The position numbers and the translations under genes were made by a program. This document shows positions 1-10,805 of a stretch of DNA of 64,000 nucleotides, one piece after another. The stretch comes from a virus. The stretch spans positions 32,001 to 96,000 of the IMG/VR virus record IMGVR_UViG_3300017698_000036. The stretch is one strand, 5' to 3'. Position 1 is the first letter of the stretch. Every line of letters starts with the position of its first letter. The notes below the pieces were generated by a model. The model had not been told where the DNA came from. It saw nothing but the letters and a program-made list of their open reading frames with translations, and searched no databases.

Positions 1-11
1 TGTATGACTTT

Positions 12-1352
12 ATGGAATGGGTCGATAGGGTTGTAGATGTGAGTAATGGTGTAGATGAGGAGACCCAAAGACAGATATATCACGATTTAACAATGTTTGA
101 TGTGTATGATAATGGATTGGAGGTTATTGACGGAGTGGATGAACTAGAAGATTCCGACTCACTACAGATGTATTTTGTAACAGCCTTACTATCCATGTTC
201 AAGTCAAAAATAAATAACCTTGTCAACGAAACAAGACGTGGATATGATGACATTTTCTCAGGTGATACAGCCTATCAGGAGACGTTATTATATGTTGTAT
301 CTAAAATAAACACAAGAAATGATCAGGTTATACAGAATTATATATTCTTTAATAATAATGATAATGAAATAATAAAATATGTAGACTCTCAGGTGAAGTA
401 TAGTAAAGAGTATAGATACGAGGTAAAAGCCCATAAGGTTGTATTTGGTACCGATTACAGTTACAGTGACGTTGTTAGACAAAGTAATTCTGTGAAGTTT
501 AAAGTAACGACAACACCAAATGTAAAAATAATGGAAGTACCGTTCTATGAAAAGTCGATATCGATATTTGACAGTCCTCCAATATATCCAGAAGTTCAAA
601 TTCATGCGTATAGAGATAGGAATGATAGAGTGTTGATTGAACTCAATCGTGGAATAGGTGAGATCTTCACGGCCCCCATATCTATAACTGAGGATGATGA
701 GTTGATGTTTGAGCAGTTACAGACATCTAAAAACTCGGTAGACGGTCTTATCAAGTTCAAGTCAGATGATGTACCTGAGTATTTTGAGATATATAGGATA
801 GATTTTGAACCTAAGACATACAAGGATTTCGATGGTCACCTTCTGACACGTGTGAATACTAAGGTACAAACAGGTCACAATGAGTTTTTGACATCGGCCA
901 GCGGATCTTTTGTGGATGTTGTGGGTGAGAACAAAACCCACTATTACACCTTCAGGACGGTCGATAATCATGGTAATGTGTCTAATCCCACTAATATTTA
1001 TCTTGTTAGACTGATAACACATGGTGACAGAGTTAAACCGGTTATAAAGGTTTATGATATAGACTATTTTATAAATCAATTGGATGATTATAAGACCAGG
1101 GAGTTGGGTCTTCGAAGATTTATTATGATAAAACCTACCATACAACAGGAGATAATAGATCCTGAATTGTCTGGTTTCGAAGATGCTTTAAGTGTTGACG
1201 AGATAGACCAAGATACGGGGTATAGATTTGGTGTTGCAAAACAGTCGGTTTGGGGTAAGAGCTACAAACTGAGGGTTAAGTCTAAATCCACCGGCCGCTT
1301 CATAGATGTTGGATTTAGATTTATTAATAAACCAAAAGAAGAAAATCAATAA
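12..1352 (+). CDS. Putative virion structural protein, probably 5'-truncated by the window edge
   Basis: 446-aa ORF whose frame stays open upstream of the ATG to the window edge; precedes other putative virion genes; no recognisable catalytic motif. Confidence 0.5.
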   Translation: MEWVDRVVDVSNGVDEETQRQIYHDLTMFDVYDNGLEVIDGVDELEDSDSLQMYFVTALLSMFKSKINNLVNETRRGYDDIFSGDTAYQETLLYVVSKINTRNDQVIQNYIFFNNNDNEIIKYVDSQVKYSKEYRYEVKAHKVVFGTDYSYSDVVRQSNSVKFKVTTTPNVKIMEVPFYEKSISIFDSPPIYPEVQIHAYRDRNDRVLIELNRGIGEIFTAPISITEDDELMFEQLQTSKNSVDGLIKFKSDDVPEYFEIYRIDFEPKTYKDFDGHLLTRVNTKVQTGHNEFLTSASGSFVDVVGENKTHYYTFRTVDNHGNVSNPTNIYLVRLITHGDRVKPVIKVYDIDYFINQLDDYKTRELGLRRFIMIKPTIQQEIIDPELSGFEDALSVDEIDQDTGYRFGVAKQSVWGKSYKLRVKSKSTGRFIDVGFRFINKPKEENQ

Positions 1353-1436
1353 TTAACGTAAAGAAATATTGTTAAGTAAGCTTAACAAAAAGAAAAATAT
1401 TATACAGGTACCCACCTGTAGAAGGAGATAAATAAT

Positions 1437-2366
1437 ATGGCATGGCTAGATAACAGCGGTGATATAATCATTGACGTAGTTCTAACTGATTTGGGAAGAA
1501 AGATTTTGGCCAAAGGTGACGGATCTTTCAGGATAGACAAGTTTTCGGTTTCTGATGACGAGATTGACTATACATTGTACGACAGTAGCGATTCTCGCGG
1601 TTCTGCATATTATGATTTAGAAATAATGCAAACACCCATCTTTGAGGCGTTTACCAATAACGCGGCTACTATGAAATCTAAATTGATATCTATTCCTAGA
1701 AACAATCTTCTGTATCTACCTGAAATCAGAATCAATGATATATTCGACGCATCCACCGACATGTATAGTACATATGATTTGTTTGTGGTGTGTGTGGATG
1801 AAGACACTGAAACGTCATTTGGTGGTTTGGGTAATGGTATTTTGTTAGGTGAAAATCCAACTGGTGGTGGTGGTAAAGTTAGAGTAGATCAGGGTTTAAA
1901 CACAACAGAACTTTCACCAACATATCAACTCGATCCAGACTTGGTAGAAACTCAATATGTTATAGAGATGGATAGTAGATTTGGAAGTGTTGTAGAGGTA
2001 CAAAGTGGAAATCCTGCAGTACCAAGTAGTGTAGATGATGATTATATAGCCTTTTATAATTTGACTTTAAACACAGATGTAAATTATGTTAAGAAAAATA
2101 CAGACACCACTACTAATACTACAAAACAGATTATTTCCGGCCCTCGTGGAACTTACATGGAGATGAAGTTAAAAGCGTCTATCGACTTAAACAGTTCTAC
2201 ACATCTATTCACTACACTTGGTACACTGATAACTGCAGGTTCTTCTGGTGATATCTTTGGTACAGCCCCTTCCAACTATTACTTTATTGACAGTGTAGTT
2301 AGAGTCAGCGGCGGAACAACAGGACAGGTTTTAGATATTCCAGTAAGATGGATCAAGGCTGCCTAA
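1437..2366 (+). CDS. Putative virion/baseplate structural protein
   Basis: AAGGAG SD; beta-rich Thr/Gly/Ser composition; MAWLDNSGDIIIDVVLTDLGRKILAKG N-terminus resembles large-phage virion proteins (recalled, not searched). Confidence 0.55.
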   Translation: MAWLDNSGDIIIDVVLTDLGRKILAKGDGSFRIDKFSVSDDEIDYTLYDSSDSRGSAYYDLEIMQTPIFEAFTNNAATMKSKLISIPRNNLLYLPEIRINDIFDASTDMYSTYDLFVVCVDEDTETSFGGLGNGILLGENPTGGGGKVRVDQGLNTTELSPTYQLDPDLVETQYVIEMDSRFGSVVEVQSGNPAVPSSVDDDYIAFYNLTLNTDVNYVKKNTDTTTNTTKQIISGPRGTYMEMKLKASIDLNSSTHLFTTLGTLITAGSSGDIFGTAPSNYYFIDSVVRVSGGTTGQVLDIPVRWIKAA

Positions 2367-2396
2367 TTAATTGAACAAAATGAAGGAATATAAATA

Positions 2397-3791
2397 ATGG
2401 CTAATACATTTAAGACTTTATCTGCGTCCGATAGAACGACCGTCACTTCTAATATAAATGAATCAGTGCCACTTGACGGTGTTGTATGGGATCACAATGA
2501 CACCTATGGAACATACCCGGCCAACACTAACGTGGAGGATATGAGTAGTGGTATGTTCCAAAGGGTCTATGACTATATCTACACTAACAGTAGCGCCAAT
2601 CATCTTTTTGATATAACGTTTGGTGTTGCAAGTGATAGTTTTGTATACGACACTGGTACACTGCCGGTTACTAATCCTTATAACGATTGGAATGCCTCAT
2701 ATCAGTCATATGATTCGACAAAAGATTCGTTTAAAAATAAGAAGAATAATATATATAACGGCTTAGCCCAAATGCTTGTTGGATATGATGAGGATGGTAA
2801 TATTCGTAAATTTGACAAGGATGGTGACTTCTTTGGAACTACTGGTGATAAGTATAACGAGGTATTCGCATTAAACTTCTCTAGACTGACTTGGAAGGAT
2901 AGTTTCAAAAAGGGATCCTTTGAGATGATAATGGCTATGAATCCAACTGGGTTTACAACCACTACAGACCCAACCGATAACTATGCATGGGGTGGAGCAG
3001 CCTCTACATCCTATATTAAAATAACAGACTATGATGGTGCCAACTCTTACAAGGTAAACTCCCCCGTGGGTGAATTCGGTATATTGTACGCTCAGAACTG
3101 TACTAGTACCGGTGTCGTGATTGCATCTGGTTCAAACCTAAACGCCCTTGAGGAGGGTTTCTTCGATACGGATGACAAATTAGCCTGTGGACTTATATAC
3201 TATCAGGCAGGTACGGTAATATTGACTCCCGAATTGTTTGTTTCTGATAACTCCACTTATACGGACATGAGGGGATTCTTAAACTCTACTGCCGCACTTA
3301 GTTCATCGAAGGACTTTTTCTTACTGTATGATTCTACTGGAACATACAATGGTGGTGCATCTACCGATCCTACGGATAACAATGGTGGTGCAAATCCTGA
3401 GTGGGGTTATTATGATATCTTCGAAATGATGAGAGGGTATGAGGAACCGGTAGGAGCTGTTAATGATGAGGATCTAAGTATCAATAACTTCTGTGATGCA
3501 TTAAGACAGAGGATAGTTAGTATCCAATACTCTAATGTTATTGAGTTGAACTCGACTGTATACTTTTGTAGATTAAATCACAATGACTTTAACTACAGTG
3601 CCAATCCAACGTATACTACTGATAGTAGAATAAACGTCAAAGACACCTCCAATGACGAACCAGTAACGTATGTTACCGGAGTTGGATTGTATTCGGCCAA
3701 TAACGAACTACTGGCAGTGGCAAAACTGTCAGAGGCTATTAAGAAGACTCCCTCTACAGAACTTACATTAAGAGTTCGTATCGACGTATAA
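2397..3791 (+). CDS. Putative baseplate/tail-associated structural protein
   Basis: C-terminal NFNYSANPTY...VTGVGLYSANNELLAVAKLSEAIKK...LRVRIDV domain shared with the next ORF. Confidence 0.55.
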   Translation: MANTFKTLSASDRTTVTSNINESVPLDGVVWDHNDTYGTYPANTNVEDMSSGMFQRVYDYIYTNSSANHLFDITFGVASDSFVYDTGTLPVTNPYNDWNASYQSYDSTKDSFKNKKNNIYNGLAQMLVGYDEDGNIRKFDKDGDFFGTTGDKYNEVFALNFSRLTWKDSFKKGSFEMIMAMNPTGFTTTTDPTDNYAWGGAASTSYIKITDYDGANSYKVNSPVGEFGILYAQNCTSTGVVIASGSNLNALEEGFFDTDDKLACGLIYYQAGTVILTPELFVSDNSTYTDMRGFLNSTAALSSSKDFFLLYDSTGTYNGGASTDPTDNNGGANPEWGYYDIFEMMRGYEEPVGAVNDEDLSINNFCDALRQRIVSIQYSNVIELNSTVYFCRLNHNDFNYSANPTYTTDSRINVKDTSNDEPVTYVTGVGLYSANNELLAVAKLSEAIKKTPSTELTLRVRIDV

Positions 3792-3983
3792 AATATCCAT
3801 AAAATTAATTCAAGGGGCTATTTGGGACATCTATCGGTGTAGACGTACAAAATCCCCTCTTCTGATGATTAAGCTCATAGAACGTTAAATTTGACACTCT
3901 AACATGGACATTCTTTAAAGTCTTGAAAAACAAAAAATGAATAATTAAGGGATAGAACAAATAACCTCATAAGGAACATAATC

Positions 3984-5207
3984 GTGACCTTTTTTAAATT
4001 TGATGATACAAATATTATAAGAAGTACTTTAAAAACTCATCCGGATAATAGTTTTTTTATCTATCTCGGTAAGACATACTATAATAATAACTCTTTGGAG
4101 CCTGGTACATATGGTAACGTAATCAATCATTATGATGTAGATGGGTCTGACGATAGAAGTGAGTCATTGTATGAATACAATGTTGACAGAAATGCAGCTG
4201 CCCACAATCCTCCAACGGTGGAGACTGTGATATATCCCTACATAACCAAAAGTTCTGACGGTAACAGTATACGTGGGGTATCTACTATAGGTTATGATTT
4301 CGGAGATGACATGATAGGATCTTACCCTTTACTGTCTAATATAAGTCAGGATTTCTATGTACCATCTACGGACGCGACATATGATACCGTAAGTGCATAC
4401 GACCCTGCAGGTACAGAAAACTATGACTCCAAACGCAGAAGAGTTAAGAGTTTGAGGAATGTACTCAATTATTATAAAAGGTTTAATCCACTGTATGCAT
4501 ATGATTACGATGACAAGTATATAAGGCTCATAAGTGTTCCAGAGGTATTTTATGGGTCCAATATCAAAAAAGGTAGTGTTGAGTTGAATATATATTACGA
4601 CGGTGTTGTTGTTGGTACTCTGACAGACACAAACGCCGACGGAATACTCTATCAGTCGAATGGTCAAGTTAGTACTGAGGATGGGGACGTTGCGGGTCTG
4701 GTACTGTATTCTGAGGGCGTAATAGCTTTGACGGGAGACTGGAGTGTTACCACCTCCACAGACAAGTACAGGGCCGATAGAAACGACGCCGCATTAACTA
4801 CGTTTAAGTGGTTTAATTTCGGAGTTGAGGATTCTACCGTAACCAATACCATGTTCGATATAAAGTTCCAGGGTTCTCTTGATATAAATGTGTTGCAAAT
4901 GTTGGCCCCCGTAGATGGTAAGGATATCAACTTTTCTAATAATCCAACATATACAGATAAGGTCAATACTAGTAGATCTTATGTAAAGTCCGACTACGAG
5001 TTTGTAGAAGAGGGCAATTTGCAAATTAAGAATACTGTTAAGTCCGAATATGACAACATAGAAGAAGAGTTCGGACCTCAGGTGTTTGTAAATAAGATTG
5101 GTGTATATGATGAGAATAAAAGATTGATTGGCGTTGCAGAACTGGCCAAGCCCGTTAAAGTCAATCCTCAAAGAAAGCTTCTTTTTAAAATCAAAGTAGA
5201 TTATTAA
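3984..5207 (+). CDS. Putative baseplate/tail-associated structural protein, paralog of 2397..3791 (GTG start)
   Basis: C-terminal INFSNNPTY...VNKIGVYDENKRLIGVAELAKPVK...KIKVDY aligns by eye with the previous ORF. Confidence 0.55.
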   Translation: MTFFKFDDTNIIRSTLKTHPDNSFFIYLGKTYYNNNSLEPGTYGNVINHYDVDGSDDRSESLYEYNVDRNAAAHNPPTVETVIYPYITKSSDGNSIRGVSTIGYDFGDDMIGSYPLLSNISQDFYVPSTDATYDTVSAYDPAGTENYDSKRRRVKSLRNVLNYYKRFNPLYAYDYDDKYIRLISVPEVFYGSNIKKGSVELNIYYDGVVVGTLTDTNADGILYQSNGQVSTEDGDVAGLVLYSEGVIALTGDWSVTTSTDKYRADRNDAALTTFKWFNFGVEDSTVTNTMFDIKFQGSLDINVLQMLAPVDGKDINFSNNPTYTDKVNTSRSYVKSDYEFVEEGNLQIKNTVKSEYDNIEEEFGPQVFVNKIGVYDENKRLIGVAELAKPVKVNPQRKLLFKIKVDY

Positions 5208-5224
5208 ATTATTAAAGGTGAAAA

Positions 5225-5824
5225 ATGAGTGCAATACTTGGGTTAGATATCAGTACTAGTTGTGTAGGTATAGCTATTTTAGATGACTATACGGGAGATT
5301 TATTGTCTACCAAACATATAGAGTTGAATAAAAAGGTAAAGAAGGTGCCGGAGTATAAGGATTTGTGGGACAAGGCGGATAAGATGTACGATGTTTTAAA
5401 GGAGATATCTGAAAATGAAAACATCAGTATGGTGTATATTGAAGCTCCAGCAAAGGGTGGTTTTGGTGGTAAAACTAATGCCAACACCATTACCAACTTG
5501 ATACAGTTCAACAGTATGATCAGTTGGATGGTTCGTAGGTTATTTAATCACAAACCAGAGTATATTAATGTAAGATCTGCCAGGAAGATATGTGGTATTG
5601 GAGGTCTCAAAGGTACCCCCAAGGAGAACAAGACAAAGGTTTGTGAGTTTTTTATTGACGAGTATCCACAGTTTGTGGTAGAGTATACTAGATATGGTAA
5701 TATAAAGACTCAATGTTTGGATGAGAGTGATGCCATCTGTATTGCAAAGGCTGGATATATAGGTAAAATTAAAATAGTGAAAAATAAACGAAAAAAAGGA
5801 CAAATAAGTCATTTCTTCTCTTGA
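5225..5824 (+). CDS. RuvC-like Holliday junction resolvase
   Basis: RNase H-fold motifs ILGLDISTSCVG, VYIEAP and DESDAICIA. Confidence 0.85.
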   Translation: MSAILGLDISTSCVGIAILDDYTGDLLSTKHIELNKKVKKVPEYKDLWDKADKMYDVLKEISENENISMVYIEAPAKGGFGGKTNANTITNLIQFNSMISWMVRRLFNHKPEYINVRSARKICGIGGLKGTPKENKTKVCEFFIDEYPQFVVEYTRYGNIKTQCLDESDAICIAKAGYIGKIKIVKNKRKKGQISHFFS

Positions 5825-5849
5825 CACGAGACCGGTTTTACACTATAAT
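5821..5849 (+). promoter_or_regulatory. Consensus sigma70 promoter upstream of primase
   Basis: TTGACA (5821-5826), 17 nt, TATAAT (5844-5849). Confidence 0.85.
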
Positions 5850-5899
5850 ATATATAGTAGTAATAAAATCAAGTTAAAAAGTCAATTTCAAAAGAGGTT

Positions 5900-6910
5900 A
5901 TGTTGTCTACAGAATACATAGAACAAAAGAAGGTAATAATAGGGGATATATTGGGAGACCATATTAGACATGGTGACGAACATATGTACTATTGTCCTAA
6001 TTCTGGTTGTAACCATCATAAAAAGAAGTTATCTATAAATTTTAAAAAGAACTCCTTTAAGTGTTGGATCTGTGGGTATAGGGGGAATAGTCTATATAGA
6101 TTGGTATCTTTCTTTGGTTCTGAGTCTCAAAAAAACCGTTGGGCAGAATACGATTCAATTGGTGATTTTGTGTCTGATTATAAGGATATAAAAAATCTCA
6201 TAGTCAACACCATTGATAAGATCAAAAAGACGGAATTGTATATCCCATCTGTGGACAAGACAGTTGTAAGACAGTTCCCAGGTAAGACATGTATCTCCCT
6301 AGCCAATTCAAGTAATATGGTTGTATCTGCTGCAGCCAAGAATTATCTATATGAACGTGGTTTAAGTCGATATGATATCCTAAAGTGGCAGATAGGTTTC
6401 TGTTTAATGGGCAAATACCAGTATAGAATAGTGGTACCGTCCTATAACGTAAATGGTAATATGAATTATTTCATAACCAGGACCTATCTTCCATTCGGAG
6501 AGTACAGATATTGGAATCCCAAAGCCAACAAGGATGATATTATTTTTAATGAATATTGGGTTGATTGGAGTAAGGATGTGGTGTTGGTAGAGGGTGTATT
6601 CGACGCGATGAAGGTGGAGTCAAACGCGGTACCCATTCTAGGATCTTCAATAACTGAAAGGTCCTTAATATTCAAAAGAATAGTAGACAATGGAAGTACT
6701 GTAGTGTTGGCTCTCGATGCCGATGCAAAGAAGAAGTCAGAGAAGATATATAATCTGTTGACTAGATACGGGATAGAGGTCTACAGGATGGATATGTCCG
6801 GATATGAGGACGTAGGACAAATGCCTAAGGATGTTGTTAGAGTCAGGTTGGATAGTGTAAAAGAAGACAATTCTTTTTCTTATCTTAGAAGTATGATAGA
6901 GGGAATATAG
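5900..6910 (+). CDS. DNA primase (Zn-finger + TOPRIM)
   Basis: CPNSGC..HH...CWICG zinc-binding domain; VLVEGVFDA and LALDAD TOPRIM motifs. Confidence 0.9.
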   Translation: MLSTEYIEQKKVIIGDILGDHIRHGDEHMYYCPNSGCNHHKKKLSINFKKNSFKCWICGYRGNSLYRLVSFFGSESQKNRWAEYDSIGDFVSDYKDIKNLIVNTIDKIKKTELYIPSVDKTVVRQFPGKTCISLANSSNMVVSAAAKNYLYERGLSRYDILKWQIGFCLMGKYQYRIVVPSYNVNGNMNYFITRTYLPFGEYRYWNPKANKDDIIFNEYWVDWSKDVVLVEGVFDAMKVESNAVPILGSSITERSLIFKRIVDNGSTVVLALDADAKKKSEKIYNLLTRYGIEVYRMDMSGYEDVGQMPKDVVRVRLDSVKEDNSFSYLRSMIEGI

Positions 6911-6911
6911 T

Positions 6912-9900
6912 ATGAAAATAGCGCATGTATCCGATACACATATACATAACTTACGATACCATCACGAATTCAGAGAAGTGTTTGAGGAGCTGTTTCAGAC
7001 TTTAAGGATGGAGAACGTGGATTATATCGTGCATACAGGTGATATAGTACACGGTAAAACAGTCATCAGTCCGGAATTGGTACGTTTAACTGGTTATTTT
7101 TTAAATGAACTAGGTAAGATAGCCCCGCTGTATGTCTTATTGGGCAATCATGACGGCTTGGTTAAGAATAAGAGCAGGGATAACGCTATCTCTTCTATTG
7201 TTTCAAATCTAGATAATAACAGTATATATGTATTCGACGGATCGGAGACGGTTGAGGTGGGTGATAATCTGACACTTACATCTTTTTCCATATTCGAGTC
7301 TAAGGATAATTGGATATTGAATCCAGAGAATAATGATAGAGTTAATATTGCATTATATCATGGGTCTGTGGGTAGAGAGTTGGACGGAAATCTAATGTAT
7401 GACAACGGACACGTAATGTCTTCGGACGATGTGTTAAGTATAGATACATTCAGTGAGTATGATTATACAATGCTGGGACATATTCACACATGTCAAGAAT
7501 TGAATGAAGATGGTACCATAGCTTATGCCGGCTCCACTGTACAGACCAATTTCGGAGAATCTCAGGAAAAGGGTTTCTATATATGGAATATTGACAGTGA
7601 TACTGAGTTTAGTAAAGAATTTATAGCATTGAACAATCCACATCCGTTCGTTACGTTAGATGTTGATGTAAAGAAGCCAACGTTCGTAAAGAATTTAAAG
7701 GCTGGGAAGTATAATTTACCTGAGGGTTGCAGACTTAGACTTGTTATAAAGAATGACGATGTTGGATATCGTGATGTAGAGGATATGTTCCGTGCGGTAA
7801 AACGAGAGATGAAGGTACACTCCACTCAGTGGATTCGAAAGCGAGTATCAAAGGTAAATACCAGTAAGGATAGTAACAGTAAGTCGTTATCTATCAGTCT
7901 GGATATGGAGACCCAAAATAGTCTTATAAAGGATAATTTACAGAATAGATTGAATATGAAGGATGATCAGTTGATAGCTGATATCGTTAAACTGAATCAG
8001 GACTATTTTAATGATGAAGAACGACGGGAAGATACAGAGTTAAACCGTAACTCTGTGTGGGAACTAAAGTCGATGGCGTGGAATAACCTATTCAGCTATG
8101 GCGAGAATAATGAATTCGATTTTGCAAAATATGATGATGGTGAAGTGGTTGGTATATTTGGATCTAACAGGTCTGGTAAGTCCAGTATTATAGACACTCT
8201 TCTTTTTGGTCTTTTTGGTAAGACGTCTAAGAAGGTTGGCCCCAATTCGAATATTATTAATAAACGTAGAAATGGTGGTGATGTAGTAGTAGAACTGGAA
8301 ATAGACGGTGTTACATATATCGTAGACAGAAGGTTGAAGCGTGCCATCAATAAGTATAATAAGGACGGATCCTTAAAGATTAAGGATCCTAAAAATCCCA
8401 GAGCTAACTTATCCAACTCTTCAGTCGAGTTCTATACCGTGGATAATAACGGAGTTATGGATACTAATCTGATAGATACCACTAGATTCAGTTCAGATCA
8501 TGTAATACAAAGTCGTATTGGTGATCTGGATGATTTTACACTTGGTTCACTCTCAACTCAGTTTAACTCTCTACAGTTTGTTGATAATACCAAGTCTGAA
8601 CGTAGAGATATCTTAAAACGTGTACTTAATTTGGATGTATTGGATGATAGGTATGAACGAGCACTTTCTGAGTTTAACTATATAAAAAAGAAATTAAAAC
8701 GAGAGTCCAAGGGTGGTTATACTAAGTTGATCAAAAAGGCCAAGTCGAATATAGAAGTATCAACGGCCAAGTTGGAGGACGAAAAAACACGTCTTGTTAA
8801 TATTAAAGAAGAGATTTCACAACTTAGAGATATGATAAAGACTCAAGAGTATGTCGTTATTGACTTTGAGAGGAATGGTGTTGAGGATATAGATATAGAG
8901 TCCGAGAAGCACGAGTTTAATAAGTTTAAATCTTACCTAAAAAGTACTATGGACGAGATAGTGGCTCTGGAGAGTTCTATAGTTGAGAGTAAAGATAGGA
9001 TCGAGAGGGGTGACGACTTGTTATCCACCTTCGATCGAGAGGAGTATGAGGGGAGAATTTCGGAAATAGAAAATATGGAAACTGATATCTCCGAAAAAGA
9101 GAGTAGTATTGAGATCCTATTGGCCGACATTAAACGTGACAACACTCAGTTAGAGACTGGAGCGGATGTTCCATGTAGGGGTACTGATTATTTTTATAAT
9201 TGTAACTATATACATGAGGCCGTGGAGATAATGAAGGGCCTCGACGAAAAGAAAGATAACAGGGAGAGGTTACAGGAAGATATTAAGACACTCAGAGAGG
9301 ACCTAGAGGGGAGATTGGGAACGAGAGATGAGTATAATAAATTTATAAAGGTATCGGATGTAATAAAGACAGAGAGACAGAAACTGCAGCTACTAAAAAG
9401 TAATCTAGAAAAGAAGATCTTATTTAAGACCGACGTTGAGCGTAAATTAAAACAGTGCGAAGAAAACATGACCAGTTATAATAACTCTAAGGTCAAGATA
9501 GACAATTATCAAAACACCAAAAACACCTTGGAGAAAATCAAACAAGATCTTATACGTCGTGAAAGAGAGAGCCAGGATGTTAATGATGATATTATATCGG
9601 ACTCTAAAGAGTTGGGTGTATTAGAGAACGTGCCCACGGAATTGGAGGGTAAGTTGCAGGAGAAGATTAACCTGGAGTATAGGTATGATCTATATGAGGC
9701 GTACACCAAAACTATAGGTGGTAAGACGGGTATATCTTTTGATATCCTGAAACAGTATATTCCGGTTATTAATAGAGAGATAGAGTCGGTGTTGAAGGGT
9801 ATCGTGGGTTTTATAGTGTATTTTCAAGTGTCGGACAGTGGTAGTATAGAAATTAGAATAGCTGATTCCCACGGAGACACTCCTATAGAGACGGGATCCG

Positions 9901-10169
9901 GAATGGAAAAACAGATGGCCTCCATCGCGATTCGGTTGGCGATTGTTAATATAACTTCTGTACCACACTCGAATGTGTTTTTACTCGATGAACCAATGGG
10001 AGCGTTGGATGATAATGCATTACAGGATTTTGTTAAGATACTGGAGGTTTTAAAACATAAATTTGATACGGTATTTTTGATAACACATAACATTTTACTT
10101 AAAGACGTGGTGGATAGAGTTATTGATGTTGAGAGAGATGAGGATGATATTAGTATCATTAGGGAGTAG
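6912..10169 (+). CDS. Fused SbcD/Mre11 nuclease - SbcC/Rad50 ATPase (T4 gp47+gp46-like)
   Basis: Metallophosphoesterase motifs DTH, GD, GNHD and GHIH; Walker A GSNRSGKS; coiled coil with central Cys pair; signature GSGMEKQ; Walker B/D-loop LLDEPMGALD. Confidence 0.9.
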   Translation: MKIAHVSDTHIHNLRYHHEFREVFEELFQTLRMENVDYIVHTGDIVHGKTVISPELVRLTGYFLNELGKIAPLYVLLGNHDGLVKNKSRDNAISSIVSNLDNNSIYVFDGSETVEVGDNLTLTSFSIFESKDNWILNPENNDRVNIALYHGSVGRELDGNLMYDNGHVMSSDDVLSIDTFSEYDYTMLGHIHTCQELNEDGTIAYAGSTVQTNFGESQEKGFYIWNIDSDTEFSKEFIALNNPHPFVTLDVDVKKPTFVKNLKAGKYNLPEGCRLRLVIKNDDVGYRDVEDMFRAVKREMKVHSTQWIRKRVSKVNTSKDSNSKSLSISLDMETQNSLIKDNLQNRLNMKDDQLIADIVKLNQDYFNDEERREDTELNRNSVWELKSMAWNNLFSYGENNEFDFAKYDDGEVVGIFGSNRSGKSSIIDTLLFGLFGKTSKKVGPNSNIINKRRNGGDVVVELEIDGVTYIVDRRLKRAINKYNKDGSLKIKDPKNPRANLSNSSVEFYTVDNNGVMDTNLIDTTRFSSDHVIQSRIGDLDDFTLGSLSTQFNSLQFVDNTKSERRDILKRVLNLDVLDDRYERALSEFNYIKKKLKRESKGGYTKLIKKAKSNIEVSTAKLEDEKTRLVNIKEEISQLRDMIKTQEYVVIDFERNGVEDIDIESEKHEFNKFKSYLKSTMDEIVALESSIVESKDRIERGDDLLSTFDREEYEGRISEIENMETDISEKESSIEILLADIKRDNTQLETGADVPCRGTDYFYNCNYIHEAVEIMKGLDEKKDNRERLQEDIKTLREDLEGRLGTRDEYNKFIKVSDVIKTERQKLQLLKSNLEKKILFKTDVERKLKQCEENMTSYNNSKVKIDNYQNTKNTLEKIKQDLIRRERESQDVNDDIISDSKELGVLENVPTELEGKLQEKINLEYRYDLYEAYTKTIGGKTGISFDILKQYIPVINREIESVLKGIVGFIVYFQVSDSGSIEIRIADSHGDTPIETGSGMEKQMASIAIRLAIVNITSVPHSNVFLLDEPMGALDDNALQDFVKILEVLKHKFDTVFLITHNILLKDVVDRVIDVERDEDDISIIRE

Positions 10170-10175
10170 TCTGTT

Positions 10176-10805
10176 GTGGAAATAAAGTTTAGAAGACCGG
10201 CATTGTCTTGTGTTTGTAGCTACATAGAAAGAGGTAGTGGTGTACGTTTATATGATTGGCAGAGAGGTTATGTCGATATGTTGGTTGATGAACGTACTAT
10301 ATTTGTTTTAAAACCTAGACAGGTGGGCATGTCGTATATAAATTTATGGTATGTAGACTATCTCGTTAGTAATTTCGAAAATGTTAATGTATGTATGGGA
10401 TATCTGTCTAAAAACAGGGCCACTATGGAACAGAGTCTTATTCGCTCACGTGGTAACGGATATCCCGACTTTTTATGTAAACAGAATAGTAGAGTAAGAG
10501 TCGATGCTGCATCGCGCGCACTTCGTCACTATTCACGTGATCACACGAATTATCTGTTTCTAGATGAGTATATGTTCATACAGAGTATGCCGGATATAAG
10601 AGCATTGATGACTAAGTACGATTATATATTTGCCAGTTCTACTCCAAATGGGAGTTCTACATACTACAAGGTGTTCAAGTTGCCCAATGATGATTATGTC
10701 ATCGATATAGGTGGGGTTATATATAAAGTTTATGATACAGATGAGTTGGCTCAGTTTTCCAATTCACGTCTAAATGTTAATTCGCACACATTTAGTCTAT
10801 TTTAA
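10176..10805 (+). CDS. Stand-alone terminase-large-subunit-like ATPase domain (GTG start)
   Basis: LYDWQ, LKPRQVGMS, LFLDEYMFI and ASSTPNG mirror LYDYQ, LKGRQLGIS, LIIDEAAFI and VLSTPFG of TerL at 15137; no nuclease domain. Confidence 0.7.
   Translation: MEIKFRRPALSCVCSYIERGSGVRLYDWQRGYVDMLVDERTIFVLKPRQVGMSYINLWYVDYLVSNFENVNVCMGYLSKNRATMEQSLIRSRGNGYPDFLCKQNSRVRVDAASRALRHYSRDHTNYLFLDEYMFIQSMPDIRALMTKYDYIFASSTPNGSSTYYKVFKLPNDDYVIDIGGVIYKVYDTDELAQFSNSRLNVNSHTFSLF

Noticed and set aside
2389-2396. TATAAATA matching the T4 late promoter
   Set aside because: It lies between the SD and the ATG, so it is an RBS spacer rather than a promoter position
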